Assembly (NCBI GenBank): GCA_964563825.1
Contig: CAZLZC010000006.1
Coordinates: forward strand, 1 to 33,723
Source of the DNA: an uncultured Actinomyces sp.
GTDB taxonomy: Bacteria > Actinomycetota > Actinomycetes > S36-B12
Length of the DNA: 33,723 bases
Direction of reading: 5' to 3'
A program made the translations under genes and the position numbers. The notes under the pieces are model-generated. The model was given only the letters and a program-made list of their open reading frames with translations. It had not been told where the DNA came from and did no database searches. Positions 1-8,403 of this stretch are shown piece after piece (position 1 is the first letter of the stretch; the number at the start of each line of letters is the position of its first letter).

Positions 1-34
1 CGTCGTTATCGGATCAGCCTGCGATAGTCGTCGC

Positions 35-508
35 GTGGACTTCCCTCAGGTTGCTGGTCGATCGCTGTCAGGGGCTGACGTCGCGCTCCCCGCGGATCTG
101 CCGGCACCGCGCACCCTGGCTCTCCTGGCCTTCCAGCAAAGGCACCAGGGTTGCGTTGACCGCTGGATCGCTCGCGCGGAGGGCGTCGGCGTACCCGGTT
201 CACCGGTCGACATGGGGCCGGGTGATGAGACATGCTTTGTAGAGATCCCCGTGCTTTCCACTCGATGGAAGCTTGGTCGCGGCTTCATCGACGGTGGCAT
301 GGCCTCGAGCATCCAGATCCCGCGCGTGCTCGCGCGCACGATCACCGTCTATACGAATGTCTCGGCGTTCCAGAAGGTCCTCGGGATCCCCGGTTCCGAA
401 GATGTGCAGGCATGTGTGGTCACGCCCAGCGGGTCTGTGCTCGCGCGCGTGCCCGGTGAGCCGACCGATGCCGCGTGGGATGTGATCGCCGAGGCGCTCT
501 TTCCGTAG
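35..508 (+). CDS. Hypothetical protein (157 aa from GTG 35; may be 5'-truncated by the window edge)
   Basis: Coherent ORF with non-repetitive, globular-looking translation. The frame stays open back to nt 2, so the true start may lie upstream. I cannot name a family motif with confidence. Confidence 0.5.
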   Translation: MDFPQVAGRSLSGADVALPADLPAPRTLALLAFQQRHQGCVDRWIARAEGVGVPGSPVDMGPGDETCFVEIPVLSTRWKLGRGFIDGGMASSIQIPRVLARTITVYTNVSAFQKVLGIPGSEDVQACVVTPSGSVLARVPGEPTDAAWDVIAEALFP

Positions 509-528
509 GGTCCCCGGCGCAACCCGCC

Positions 529-1167
529 TCACGGTGCAGGCAGTGTGCCGACCACGCGGAGTGACCCATCAGGGCGTGACTTCACGACGATCGCCTGGCC
601 TGACGAGGGCACGGCCCCTGTGAGATCGGTGATGTTGACCTGATGGCCCACGAGGACGAGCACACCCGGTTGCCCACGATGTCGAGAGATGAGATCGCGT
701 ACCCGGGCGGTCCGGCTGGCGGCGACGGCATCGGACACCGTGAAGCTTGAGTCGAGATTCGGGTCTGCAGTCACCTTGCCGACGGCGAGCAGGCGCGCCG
801 TGTCACGCGCTCGGCACCATCGGCTGGTGAGGACGCGATCGACGGGCATCCCCTCGCGTCGCCACTGGGCGCCGATGGCGATGGCTTGACGACGCCCCTC
901 GGGTGAAAGGTTGCGCTGAGTCGAGCAGTCGCCGAGCCGGAAGCCTGCGGGATCCCCTGTGCCCGGAGCAAGTGCGTGACGCAGTAGGACGGCGTAGCCG
1001 CGGCCCGCGCGCAGTGTCTGCCAGATGTCGGACCGGGGCGTGACGTGATCCACGGTTGCAGACGGTGTGGCGTCACGAACCCCCGCGGCTGGTGCGTGTG
1101 CGGGTACGGCGACCGACGTAGCGAGGGCGCATCCTGCAAGAGCGAGCGCAGCGAGGCGGCGCATCAT
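529..1167 (-). CDS. Secreted histidine phosphatase family protein (SixA/phosphoglycerate-mutase-like)
   Basis: C-terminal 212 aa of the 529..1773 ORF. Signal peptide MMRRLAALALAGCALATSVAVPAHA, catalytic-type LLRHALAPG (RHG-like) motif and a later VGHQ. ATG at 1167 shares 1 nt with the TGA of the upstream gene. The upstream 202 codons of the long ORF are Arg/His-rich junk overlapping the YczE-like gene. Confidence 0.75.
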   Translation of the reverse strand: MMRRLAALALAGCALATSVAVPAHAPAAGVRDATPSATVDHVTPRSDIWQTLRAGRGYAVLLRHALAPGTGDPAGFRLGDCSTQRNLSPEGRRQAIAIGAQWRREGMPVDRVLTSRWCRARDTARLLAVGKVTADPNLDSSFTVSDAVAASRTARVRDLISRHRGQPGVLVLVGHQVNITDLTGAVPSSGQAIVVKSRPDGSLRVVGTLPAP

Positions 1168-1826
1168 CAGGCCACGCGGTCGTGAGCGGGATCGTGATGG
1201 ACGTGTCGCTTGATGTGAGGGAGCACGCGATTGAGTGCAATGGGTATAGCGATGAGGATGATCACGGTGCCGATGCCCCACGACCCGCCGAGAATGATCG
1301 CGGTGAGCAGCGCGATCGCATCGACCGTGAGTCGTGCGAAGCCGAGTGAGCGGCCGGTGCGGAAGGAGATGGAGCGCACCACCTGGTCGTAGGGGCTTGC
1401 GCCGAGGTCGGAGCTGAAGATGCCCAGGATCCCGGAGCAGAAGAGCAGGAGTCCGACGATCCAGAGCACGATGCGCCAGCCCACCACCCACTCGGGGGCG
1501 TCGACGACGGCGAGAAGCATGCGCGTGAGGTCGACCACGACTGCGATGCCCACGAAGGAGATGAGCGTGCCGATCGCAGGCTTGAGTCCGAGGGCCCAGG
1601 ACATGAGCACCATGAGAACGCTCACGAGCAGGAGGATGGTCCCGACGGTCAGCCCGCTCACGCGTGACAGCGCGGTGAACAGTGCATCGGGGGGCGCCAC
1701 GCCGAAGCCCCCGTCGATCATCATCCCGAGTCCAACTCCGACGAGGACCACTCCGATGAGCAGGGCCGCCCACGCGCGTGGAGTCCGCAGCGGGCTGCGG
1801 GCGAGGGGATCGGCTGTGGTCACCAT
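1167..1826 (-). CDS. YczE/YitT-like integral membrane protein
   Basis: 219 aa with about 6 hydrophobic helices. Composition and the SPYDQ segment resemble YczE/YitT-family membrane proteins. Stop overlaps the start of the downstream phosphatase gene. Confidence 0.7.
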   Translation of the reverse strand: MVTTADPLARSPLRTPRAWAALLIGVVLVGVGLGMMIDGGFGVAPPDALFTALSRVSGLTVGTILLLVSVLMVLMSWALGLKPAIGTLISFVGIAVVVDLTRMLLAVVDAPEWVVGWRIVLWIVGLLLFCSGILGIFSSDLGASPYDQVVRSISFRTGRSLGFARLTVDAIALLTAIILGGSWGIGTVIILIAIPIALNRVLPHIKRHVHHDPAHDRVA

Positions 1827-1939
1827 CCGAGCCTAGGGCGCCGGCCGGCTACGGCTATCCCTGGACACAGGGCGCGCCCAAGCCTCACACTGGCCCCGTC
1901 CCCGCAGGGGGGCGCTACGGCTCTATCTCGGGAGGCTCA

Positions 1940-2914
1940 ATGCGGCTGCGCCGGACCACTTCGTTTCTCGCGCTTGCCGCGATCACCGGTTTAGCCCTGG
2001 CTTCCGCGCCCGCGCAAGCAGCATCACTCGTGGGCAAGCCGTGCAAGCAGGTCGGTGCGAAGCAGGGCGATGGTCCTGGCCGGACGATCGTCTGCACGAA
2101 GATGACCAAGGGCAAGAACAAGGGCAAGTTGATCTGGCAGTTGCAGAGGAATCCAGGTCCGGGTCCAGGACCGGGTCCAGGACCGGGTCCCGGCCCGAGT
2201 CCGAGTGGTGACATCCCCGCCGTCATCGAGTCCTGGGGCGTCGATGTCGCCCCGTACGACGCCGCCACGCGGAAGGCGGGTGCCCTCTACGTCGGCTCGA
2301 TCCCCTTCCCCTCCGACTCGGTGATGCAGGCACCTATCCAGTACTACGGAGAAGGTCCCCGGCGCAAGGATGACCCCACGGACTACGTCGATCCGCAGAT
2401 GACGTTCTTCGTGCCCCTCGGCACGGTTGTGCGCGCGATCGCCAGCGGAACCGTGTGCGCCGTCACCAAACTCAATACCGGCTACAGCGATGACTACTCG
2501 ATCGGAATCGGCGTCTCTGCTGGGGGTAAGCCGGCATGCATCACCGCGCCCGATGGCAGTGGATTCGGCGCCGTGGCGACCTGGGAGCACGAGCACGTCA
2601 TGGAACCTGCGGTGAAGGTCGGTGACGTGGTCAAGGCCGGCCAGCCCATCGCCGTGGCGAGCTACTACAAGAAGGACAACTGGCTGTATACCTCGGGATA
2701 CGCGCTCTACGAGATCGGGATTCTTGCGTCCTCACCCGATGGGCGGCCGATGCATGTCTGCCCGGCGCTCTACCTCAAGGCATCAGTCAAGGACACGCTT
2801 CTGAGTCAACTCGCGACGGCGGCTCGCGCGTATGAGACCAACACCGGCAAGACCTACTACTCTGCCGCCACGCTCGCGACCGGGTGCGTTACTGACAAGC
2901 CGGCGTACGGATAG
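1940..2914 (+). CDS. Secreted modular protein, paralog A (Cys/Lys-rich N-module, PG linker, M23/LytM-like beta-barrel pattern)
   Basis: ATG 1940 preceded by GGGAGG (1930-1935). Signal peptide MRLRRTTSFLALAAITGLALASAPAQA. Module SLVGKPCKQVGAKQGDGPGRTIVCTKMTKGKNKGKLIWQLQ, then a (PG)n linker. C-terminal GTVVRAIASGTV ... WEHEHV ... VKVGDVVKAGQPIA resembles M23 strand order, but canonical HxxxD and terminal HxH are not evident. Confidence 0.8.
   Translation: MRLRRTTSFLALAAITGLALASAPAQAASLVGKPCKQVGAKQGDGPGRTIVCTKMTKGKNKGKLIWQLQRNPGPGPGPGPGPGPGPSPSGDIPAVIESWGVDVAPYDAATRKAGALYVGSIPFPSDSVMQAPIQYYGEGPRRKDDPTDYVDPQMTFFVPLGTVVRAIASGTVCAVTKLNTGYSDDYSIGIGVSAGGKPACITAPDGSGFGAVATWEHEHVMEPAVKVGDVVKAGQPIAVASYYKKDNWLYTSGYALYEIGILASSPDGRPMHVCPALYLKASVKDTLLSQLATAARAYETNTGKTYYSAATLATGCVTDKPAYG
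2006..2147. repeat. Dispersed direct repeat copy 1 (N-module coding segment); partner at 3005..3146
   Basis: Hand alignment at a constant offset of 999 nt gives 13 mismatches in 142 nt. Flanking gene bodies are not alignable by eye. Confidence 0.85.
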
Positions 2915-2923
2915 GGACTAGCT

Positions 2924-4219
2924 ATGTGGATGCGCTGGCCCCTCCCCAACGCAGTGGGTGTCGCTCTCGCGATCGCCGGCCTAGTGGGGATGAGTGTGGC
3001 GGCTGCGCCCGCGCAGGCTGCGTCGCTCGTGGGCAAGCCGTGCAAGCAGGTGGGTGCGACGCAGGGCGATGGTCCTGGGCGCACGGTCATCTGTACGAAG
3101 ATGACTAAGGGTAAGAACAAGGGCAAGTTGATCTGGCAGTTGCAGAAGGGCCCTAATCCAGGGCCGGGCCCAGGGCCCAATCCTGACCCCGCATGCAAGG
3201 CCCGGCCGGTCTTCACCAAGGACTTCATCGACCCCGATCAGGTGCAGGTCGTCGTCCCTATCGGTGAGCAGACGGCCTACGGTGGTGTGCTCTCCGTCCG
3301 CTCCTACGTGCACTCCAAGCCGTCCCTGGATGGTCAGAAACTGCCGCTCTATGCGCCGGTCGACATGACCTTGAACCAGGCGGCCTACTACAAGATCGGC
3401 ACGGATCCGGCGTATAAGCCGGAGTACTCCCTCTTCTTCGACGCGGGTTGTGGCATCACGGTGCAGCTCTACCACGTCAAGGGCGTCGTCGGAGCGGTCG
3501 CGAGCGTGGTGCCCAAGGACCCGGTGCCTTCGAGCGCCGGGCAGCCGGTCACGCCGACACTCATCAAGGCCGGGGAGCAGATCGGGTGGTTCGAGGGTGA
3601 GGCAGGCAAGAGCGTGGCCTTCGACCTCAGGGTTGAGGACTCGAGTCGCACGAACACCTTCATCAATCAGGCTCGGTTCACGTCGTCCCCTGGAGCTTCT
3701 GGGGAACTCTATGCAGTCTGCCCCTATGACTTCTACGCCGGAGCACAACGCGAGCGCTGGCTTGCCAAACTGGGCGCTCCGTCGACCGATCCCGTGCCCG
3801 GTACGCCTTGCGGCACGATCTCGCAGGGCAAGGCGGGCACCGCGCAAGGCATGTGGTTCTTCAGCGATGCCAAGGTCAACTCCCTCACCTATCGCGGGGA
3901 GACGTGGAATGAGGGGATGCCCGCCGGTCAGTACCAGTCGCAGATCGTCTTCAACGTCGATCCTCGCAACACGATCCGCATCGGCGGACTCAACGCTGCC
4001 AGGCCGCTCGTCCAGATGATGATCAGCAAGCAGGGTCCGGGATCTGATACGTGGCGCGATCCGATGTCGGTGACTGCCGGCCAGGAACACTGCTGGTCGA
4101 ATGCGAGCCAATCCGTGAAGGTGCGCCTCTCCGCTGACGGTGCTGCCCTCACGGCCGTCGTGGGGCCGGGGCCGTGCTCGTCCCTCGATCTCTCTCGCGG
4201 CCAGACCTACATCCGATAG
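2924..4219 (+). CDS. Secreted modular protein, paralog B (same N-module, different larger C-terminal domain)
   Basis: ATG 2924 preceded by AGGGA. Signal peptide ...VAAAPAQA. N-module SLVGKPCKQVGATQGDGPGRTVICTKMTKGKNKGKLIWQLQ plus PNPGPGPGPNP linker. C-terminal ~330 aa has no recognisable family (weak barrel-like LPLYAPVDM ... LIKAGEQIGWFEG). Lies 9 nt after paralog A. Confidence 0.8.
   Translation: MWMRWPLPNAVGVALAIAGLVGMSVAAAPAQAASLVGKPCKQVGATQGDGPGRTVICTKMTKGKNKGKLIWQLQKGPNPGPGPGPNPDPACKARPVFTKDFIDPDQVQVVVPIGEQTAYGGVLSVRSYVHSKPSLDGQKLPLYAPVDMTLNQAAYYKIGTDPAYKPEYSLFFDAGCGITVQLYHVKGVVGAVASVVPKDPVPSSAGQPVTPTLIKAGEQIGWFEGEAGKSVAFDLRVEDSSRTNTFINQARFTSSPGASGELYAVCPYDFYAGAQRERWLAKLGAPSTDPVPGTPCGTISQGKAGTAQGMWFFSDAKVNSLTYRGETWNEGMPAGQYQSQIVFNVDPRNTIRIGGLNAARPLVQMMISKQGPGSDTWRDPMSVTAGQEHCWSNASQSVKVRLSADGAALTAVVGPGPCSSLDLSRGQTYIR
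3005..3146. repeat. Dispersed direct repeat copy 2 (N-module coding segment); partner at 2006..2147
   Basis: See copy 1. Confidence 0.85.
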
Positions 4220-4236
4220 CCATCCGGGCTAGGGTC

Positions 4237-6033
4237 ATGCGCATGCGTGCCCGTCCCGTGTTCCTGATCGCGTCAGTATCCCTCGTCGCGGGTGCCCTCA
4301 TCGCACCTGTAGCGGCAGCGCAGCCCGACGCCGCTGCGGAATCCGCGCAGTCCGCCGCGATCCGCGCGGACAACCCGGAGGTCACCTTCATCGTCGGCCT
4401 GCCGCGTGATCGCAAGGCGCTCGATGCGGCCGCGGTCGAGCGCTCCACGCCGGGCAATCTGCTCTATCGCGATCATCCCTCCCTGCTAAACGCGGGCAAG
4501 GCGTACGGCGCAAAGTCGAAGGCCATCACGCGACTGCGCACTACTGCCCAGCCCCTGGGCATCGACGTGAGCATCGACAAGGGGCGCATCACTGCGCGTC
4601 TCACCGCGACGGTGAAGGAGTGGGAGAAGGTCTACGGCGCCAAGATGGTCATCACGCCGGCGACCACCGCATCCCCTTACGTGAGCTTCGCGATCATGGA
4701 CGGCGACGTCTACGCCGAAGCACCCGCACCCCTGGCGGGAGTCGTCGCCGAGATGCTGGCCTTCTACGCCGAGTACGACGCCACGGCCGACTCTCGCGGC
4801 GTGGATCCGGACACGGTGCAGGAGCTCAGCGGCCTCCTGGCATCCAAGGGCAGTCCCGAGTCATGGCCGCGCAACCTCGGCGCGATCCCGTCAGGCGTAT
4901 GCGATGCACCGGCGGTCACTGAGAAGGCCGTCTACGTGCCTGCGCAGATCCAGCAGGCATATGGCACCCCCGCGCTCGCTGCCAAGGGGGTCCGAGGTGA
5001 CGGCGCTCGATTGACGATCGTCTCCCTCGGCGGTGGCTACGACCCTGTCGATATCGAGGTGGCAGCGGATTGCTTCGGCTATACCCAGCCGACTATCGAC
5101 ATCGTGACGGGGACCGGAGTGCCTGAGCCCTTCGTCAATGCTTCTGCCGAGACGCACCTCGATCTCATCACCGCGTCATCGGTGCTATCACGAGCCGAGA
5201 GCCTCACCCTCCTTCAGATCGCGAATTCCGAGCTCGGCTTCACCGATGCCTTCGCCCGCATGCTCGAGGGCACGCAGGTGCCCGACGCAGTCTCCATCTC
5301 CTACGGAGAGTGCGAGGTCGAGGTGGGGCCGGCCGAGATCGTCCAGCTCAACGAAGACCTGCTGCGCATGGCCGCCATCGTGGGCACATCAGTCGCCGTG
5401 TCGACCGGAGACAACGGATCGTCCGCGTGCGGAGCCGAGGTCGCCGAGGAGACCGGCGAGCCCACGGTGTCCTACCCGGCGACATCGCCGTGGGTCACCG
5501 CGGTCGGCGGCACACGCCTCGGACTGAAGCCGGACAACACGCGTCGCTCGGAGCGCGTGTGGAACGACATGCCCTACGCCGGTGGAGTCGTGCCCGGACC
5601 CGCGGGCGCGGGCGGCCCGAGCCTGATCTTCGATCGGCCGTGGTGGCAGGCGGGCGCGACCGCAGCCGGTCCCCGCACCGTGCCGGACATCGCCGTGCTT
5701 GGTGCCATGCGGCCGGGCTGGCCCATTGCCTACGGGGCCGACATCTACACCGTCGGGGGCACGAGCGGTGGCACGCCCTTCTTTGCTGCTCACCTCGCCG
5801 CGATGTCGGCGCGGCAGCGCGACCGCGGATTCCCGACGATCGGCTTCGCCAATGCCTGGCTCTATCAGGCAGCCGGAGCAACCAAGCCCGCGTTCTTCGA
5901 TGTGATCACGGGGACGAATGGCGTGCAGCTCGTGGGGTGCTGCTCGGCGTACCGTGGTTACGACATGGCGAGCGGTCTCGGCGCACCGATCATGGACGGG
6001 CTCTACGCCACGCTCCCGCGACCGGCAGGCTGA
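4237..6033 (+). CDS. S53 family serine-carboxyl peptidase (sedolisin/kumamolisin-like) with propeptide
   Basis: Signal peptide MRMRARPVFLIASVSLVAGALIAPVAAA. N-terminal pro-kumamolisin-like activation region. ETHLDL (Glu/Asp of the Ser-Glu-Asp triad), SISYGE, STGDNGS and VGGTSGGTPFFAAHLA (nucleophile Ser). Starts 17 nt after paralog B. ATG 4243 is an alternative start. Confidence 0.85.
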   Translation: MRMRARPVFLIASVSLVAGALIAPVAAAQPDAAAESAQSAAIRADNPEVTFIVGLPRDRKALDAAAVERSTPGNLLYRDHPSLLNAGKAYGAKSKAITRLRTTAQPLGIDVSIDKGRITARLTATVKEWEKVYGAKMVITPATTASPYVSFAIMDGDVYAEAPAPLAGVVAEMLAFYAEYDATADSRGVDPDTVQELSGLLASKGSPESWPRNLGAIPSGVCDAPAVTEKAVYVPAQIQQAYGTPALAAKGVRGDGARLTIVSLGGGYDPVDIEVAADCFGYTQPTIDIVTGTGVPEPFVNASAETHLDLITASSVLSRAESLTLLQIANSELGFTDAFARMLEGTQVPDAVSISYGECEVEVGPAEIVQLNEDLLRMAAIVGTSVAVSTGDNGSSACGAEVAEETGEPTVSYPATSPWVTAVGGTRLGLKPDNTRRSERVWNDMPYAGGVVPGPAGAGGPSLIFDRPWWQAGATAAGPRTVPDIAVLGAMRPGWPIAYGADIYTVGGTSGGTPFFAAHLAAMSARQRDRGFPTIGFANAWLYQAAGATKPAFFDVITGTNGVQLVGCCSAYRGYDMASGLGAPIMDGLYATLPRPAG

Positions 6034-7935
6034 TCAGGCGGGCGCTGTCTCGCCACGTAACGCCTCGACCCGCATGTCGAGGTCGCTGAGTTCGGTGTCG
6101 ATGCGACTCCAGAGGGCGGGATCCGATTGGCCGCGCTCCTCGAACAACTCCTCGGCGAGAATCGACGAGGCCGCCCCGATGATGTCGGTGATGACGGCCG
6201 CCGCCTGGACCGGGTCGACGCGGTCACCGTCACGCTCCCAGAAGCCCGGCGTCTCCATCGTGGCTGCTGCTACGGCTGCGGTCGCTGCGGTCCTCTCCTT
6301 GAGCGCGCGCGAACGCGCCTGTGTGGAATCCCCGCCCGCCCGAACGATACGTGCGTAGTCCCGGAGAGCGTCGGTTGTCGCGTGCATCGCCGCCACGGCC
6401 GTCGACCCCGTGCGTCGTGGGCGCACGGATGCGACGAGTAGGACCCAGACTCCTGCAAGCGCGGTGATGAGCAGGCGGGCGATGATGTCGTCGGCCGATC
6501 CCTCGCCGGACGCGTACTCGATGAGGATGACGAAGCCAGTGATCCCGACGACGGCGAGCGGGTAGTTGGCGTTGAGGTAGGCGAGTACCAAAGCCCCGGC
6601 GAAGCCGACCGTGACGGACAGGATGATGGCCTTGCCGGGCAGCTCGTCGGCGATGACGAGAATCGCGCTCACCAGGATCAGTCCCACCATCGTCCCCGCA
6701 ATCCGCATGGTCACGCGTGACACGGTGTTGGCGAGGTCTGGCTTTGCGATCCATGCCACGGTGAGCGGCAGCCAATAGGCATGCGGCACATCGATGATCA
6801 CGGAGGCCAATGTTGCCCCGCCGAAGGCGATGGTCAGTCGGAGTGCGTGCTCGGACACCGCGTCGGACCAGTGCAGTTGGGCGCGCAGGCGCGGCATGAT
6901 CGGCTCGGAGGTACGGGGCGGCGAGACAATCTCGGCCCGTGGACCAAGGGGCCATGGGGAATCGAGGACAGCCACCGCTGATCCGATGGACTCAGCCGCG
7001 TCCTGCGCAAGGGTGGCGAGTTGGGGATCGGGTGCGCGCGCGGCCAGATCCTGAAGCGCAGCCAGGCGCTCCCTGGCGCGTGCCCGTCGGCGGCTCCCGG
7101 GCAGGCCGAGTGGTGCTGCGATCTCATCGGCAATGGCGCCAGCCGCTGCGCTCAGGCGCGAGGTGAGCTCGTCGACATACGCCGGGTCGATGGAGCGCTC
7201 TGAGATGAGCGCAAGCATGGCTAGCCGCGCGCGCTCCGCGTGCGAGAGCAGCCGGTTGGCCCATTCGTTCGACGCCCCCACGCAACCCTCGTGGTCGATC
7301 AGGGTATGGGCCGACAGCACAGCCGCCGCCACCGTGGGTGCAGCGAGCTCGAGACCGCGGCGCTGTGATGCATCCTGGAGCTCGCGATAGGCGTGTGCGA
7401 TGCCCGATCTCACCGCGCCGAGTCGACGTGGCGGCGTGAAGAGGAGGTTGACGACGATGGTGATGACACCACCCACGATGAAGTAAGCCGCGTCGAGCGC
7501 TGCAACGTCGTTGACGACGGGGGCCCCAGCGTAGAGGGCGAAGAGCACCAGCGTGAGCACGCCGATGAGAGCACCGCGGGCTCCGAGTGCGCCTGCGTAG
7601 CCGCACGCAGCCGCGATGACAAGTGCGACTGCCACGTGGGCCACGCCGTACTCGCTGACCAATCCGCCGAGGAGGACTCCGATGGAGATCCACAGCGTGG
7701 CCCACAGCATGGTCCTCAGACGCACCCCGCGGGAGTCGGGACTATCGGCGATTGAGACGAAGAGCAGGCCGATGGAGATGGGCAGAGCGATGCCGATCCG
7801 TCCGACGCCGATCCCGACGAGGAGTGTGAGTGAAATGAGGATGCCCGTGCGCAGGCCAGCCACCCACTGCACGTTTGCCCTCTGCAGGCGCAGGCAGGCG
7901 TGGAGTGCTTCCTCCGCGACCCGCCTCTGATTCAT
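6034..7935 (-). CDS. FUSC family (fusaric-acid-resistance/YccS-like) integral membrane protein
   Basis: 633 aa. Two multi-helix hydrophobic blocks separated and followed by Ala/Arg-rich cytoplasmic helical regions, the typical FUSC architecture. Its stop codon abuts the sedolisin stop codon. Confidence 0.75.
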   Translation of the reverse strand: MNQRRVAEEALHACLRLQRANVQWVAGLRTGILISLTLLVGIGVGRIGIALPISIGLLFVSIADSPDSRGVRLRTMLWATLWISIGVLLGGLVSEYGVAHVAVALVIAAACGYAGALGARGALIGVLTLVLFALYAGAPVVNDVAALDAAYFIVGGVITIVVNLLFTPPRRLGAVRSGIAHAYRELQDASQRRGLELAAPTVAAAVLSAHTLIDHEGCVGASNEWANRLLSHAERARLAMLALISERSIDPAYVDELTSRLSAAAGAIADEIAAPLGLPGSRRRARARERLAALQDLAARAPDPQLATLAQDAAESIGSAVAVLDSPWPLGPRAEIVSPPRTSEPIMPRLRAQLHWSDAVSEHALRLTIAFGGATLASVIIDVPHAYWLPLTVAWIAKPDLANTVSRVTMRIAGTMVGLILVSAILVIADELPGKAIILSVTVGFAGALVLAYLNANYPLAVVGITGFVILIEYASGEGSADDIIARLLITALAGVWVLLVASVRPRRTGSTAVAAMHATTDALRDYARIVRAGGDSTQARSRALKERTAATAAVAAATMETPGFWERDGDRVDPVQAAAVITDIIGAASSILAEELFEERGQSDPALWSRIDTELSDLDMRVEALRGETAPA

Positions 7936-8027
7936 TCCCGGAGTATGCCCCCCGGTGCTAACGTCCGGCCTAACTCCACCGGATGGTGGTCACGTGTCCT
8001 GGGCACGTTCACACGCAGGAGGCCTTC

Positions 8028-8330
8028 ATGAGCCGCTCCCGACTCGCCACTATCGCGACGGCCGCAGTAGCTGCCGCACTTCTCACACTCACCGCCTGCG
8101 GGGGCGGTGGTGACACATCCAACGACAACTCGGCTCTCGTCGACGAGCTCATGACCGAGATTGGCGACGAAGGCATGCCCGAGGGCGCCAAGGACTGCAT
8201 CAAGCAGGGGCTCAGCGGCTTCAGCACGGAGGAACTGACCACTCTCCGCGACGGCCAGACCGATAGCGACGTACCCGTGGAGCTCCAGGACAAGGTCATC
8301 GAGATGATGACTACCTGCGTGATGGAGTAG
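8028..8330 (+). CDS. Small lipoprotein (100 aa), acidic
   Basis: ATG 8028 preceded by AGGAGG. Signal peptide with lipobox LTAC-G. Two further Cys residues. Confidence 0.75.
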   Translation: MSRSRLATIATAAVAAALLTLTACGGGGDTSNDNSALVDELMTEIGDEGMPEGAKDCIKQGLSGFSTEELTTLRDGQTDSDVPVELQDKVIEMMTTCVME

Positions 8331-8403
8331 CGAGAGTTACTGCGACACCGCTCGTCCGTCATCCATGTGACGACACCTATGCGCGACTGAGGGCCCGTCG
8401 GAT

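Noticed and set aside
1168-1773. N-terminal 202 codons of the 414-aa ORF 529..1773
   Set aside because: This part is His/Arg/Pro-rich and overlaps the well-formed YczE-like membrane protein in another frame. The phosphatase has its own ATG, signal peptide and stop/start coupling at 1167.
2981-4111. 376-aa minus-strand ORF opposite secreted paralog B (and 1915..2268 / 2024..2596 / 2857..3228 opposite paralog A/B N-termini)
   Set aside because: Arg-rich shadow frames. The + strand frames carry signal peptides, RBSs and the conserved duplicated module.
5310-6089. 259-aa off-frame ORF inside the sedolisin gene (and 5138..5527, 5389..5881 minus-strand ORFs)
   Set aside because: Arg-rich off-frame or antisense products. 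The sedolisin frame carries all the catalytic motifs.
6230-7705. Several 190-240-aa minus-strand off-frame ORFs within the FUSC gene (6230..6955, 7124..7705)
   Set aside because: Arg/His-rich, in alternative frames of a gene with coherent transmembrane architecture.
7936-8027. CCGGTG...CACCGG inverted repeat and duplicated CTAAC in the FUSC/lipoprotein divergent region
   Set aside because: Only 6 bp with a 19-nt loop. Matches of this size are expected by chance in GC-rich DNA, and it has no supporting context.
8331-8403. 73-nt convergent intergenic region checked for a tRNA or terminator
   Set aside because: No cloverleaf or T-loop (GTTCRANNC) features, and only 4-bp inverted repeats.
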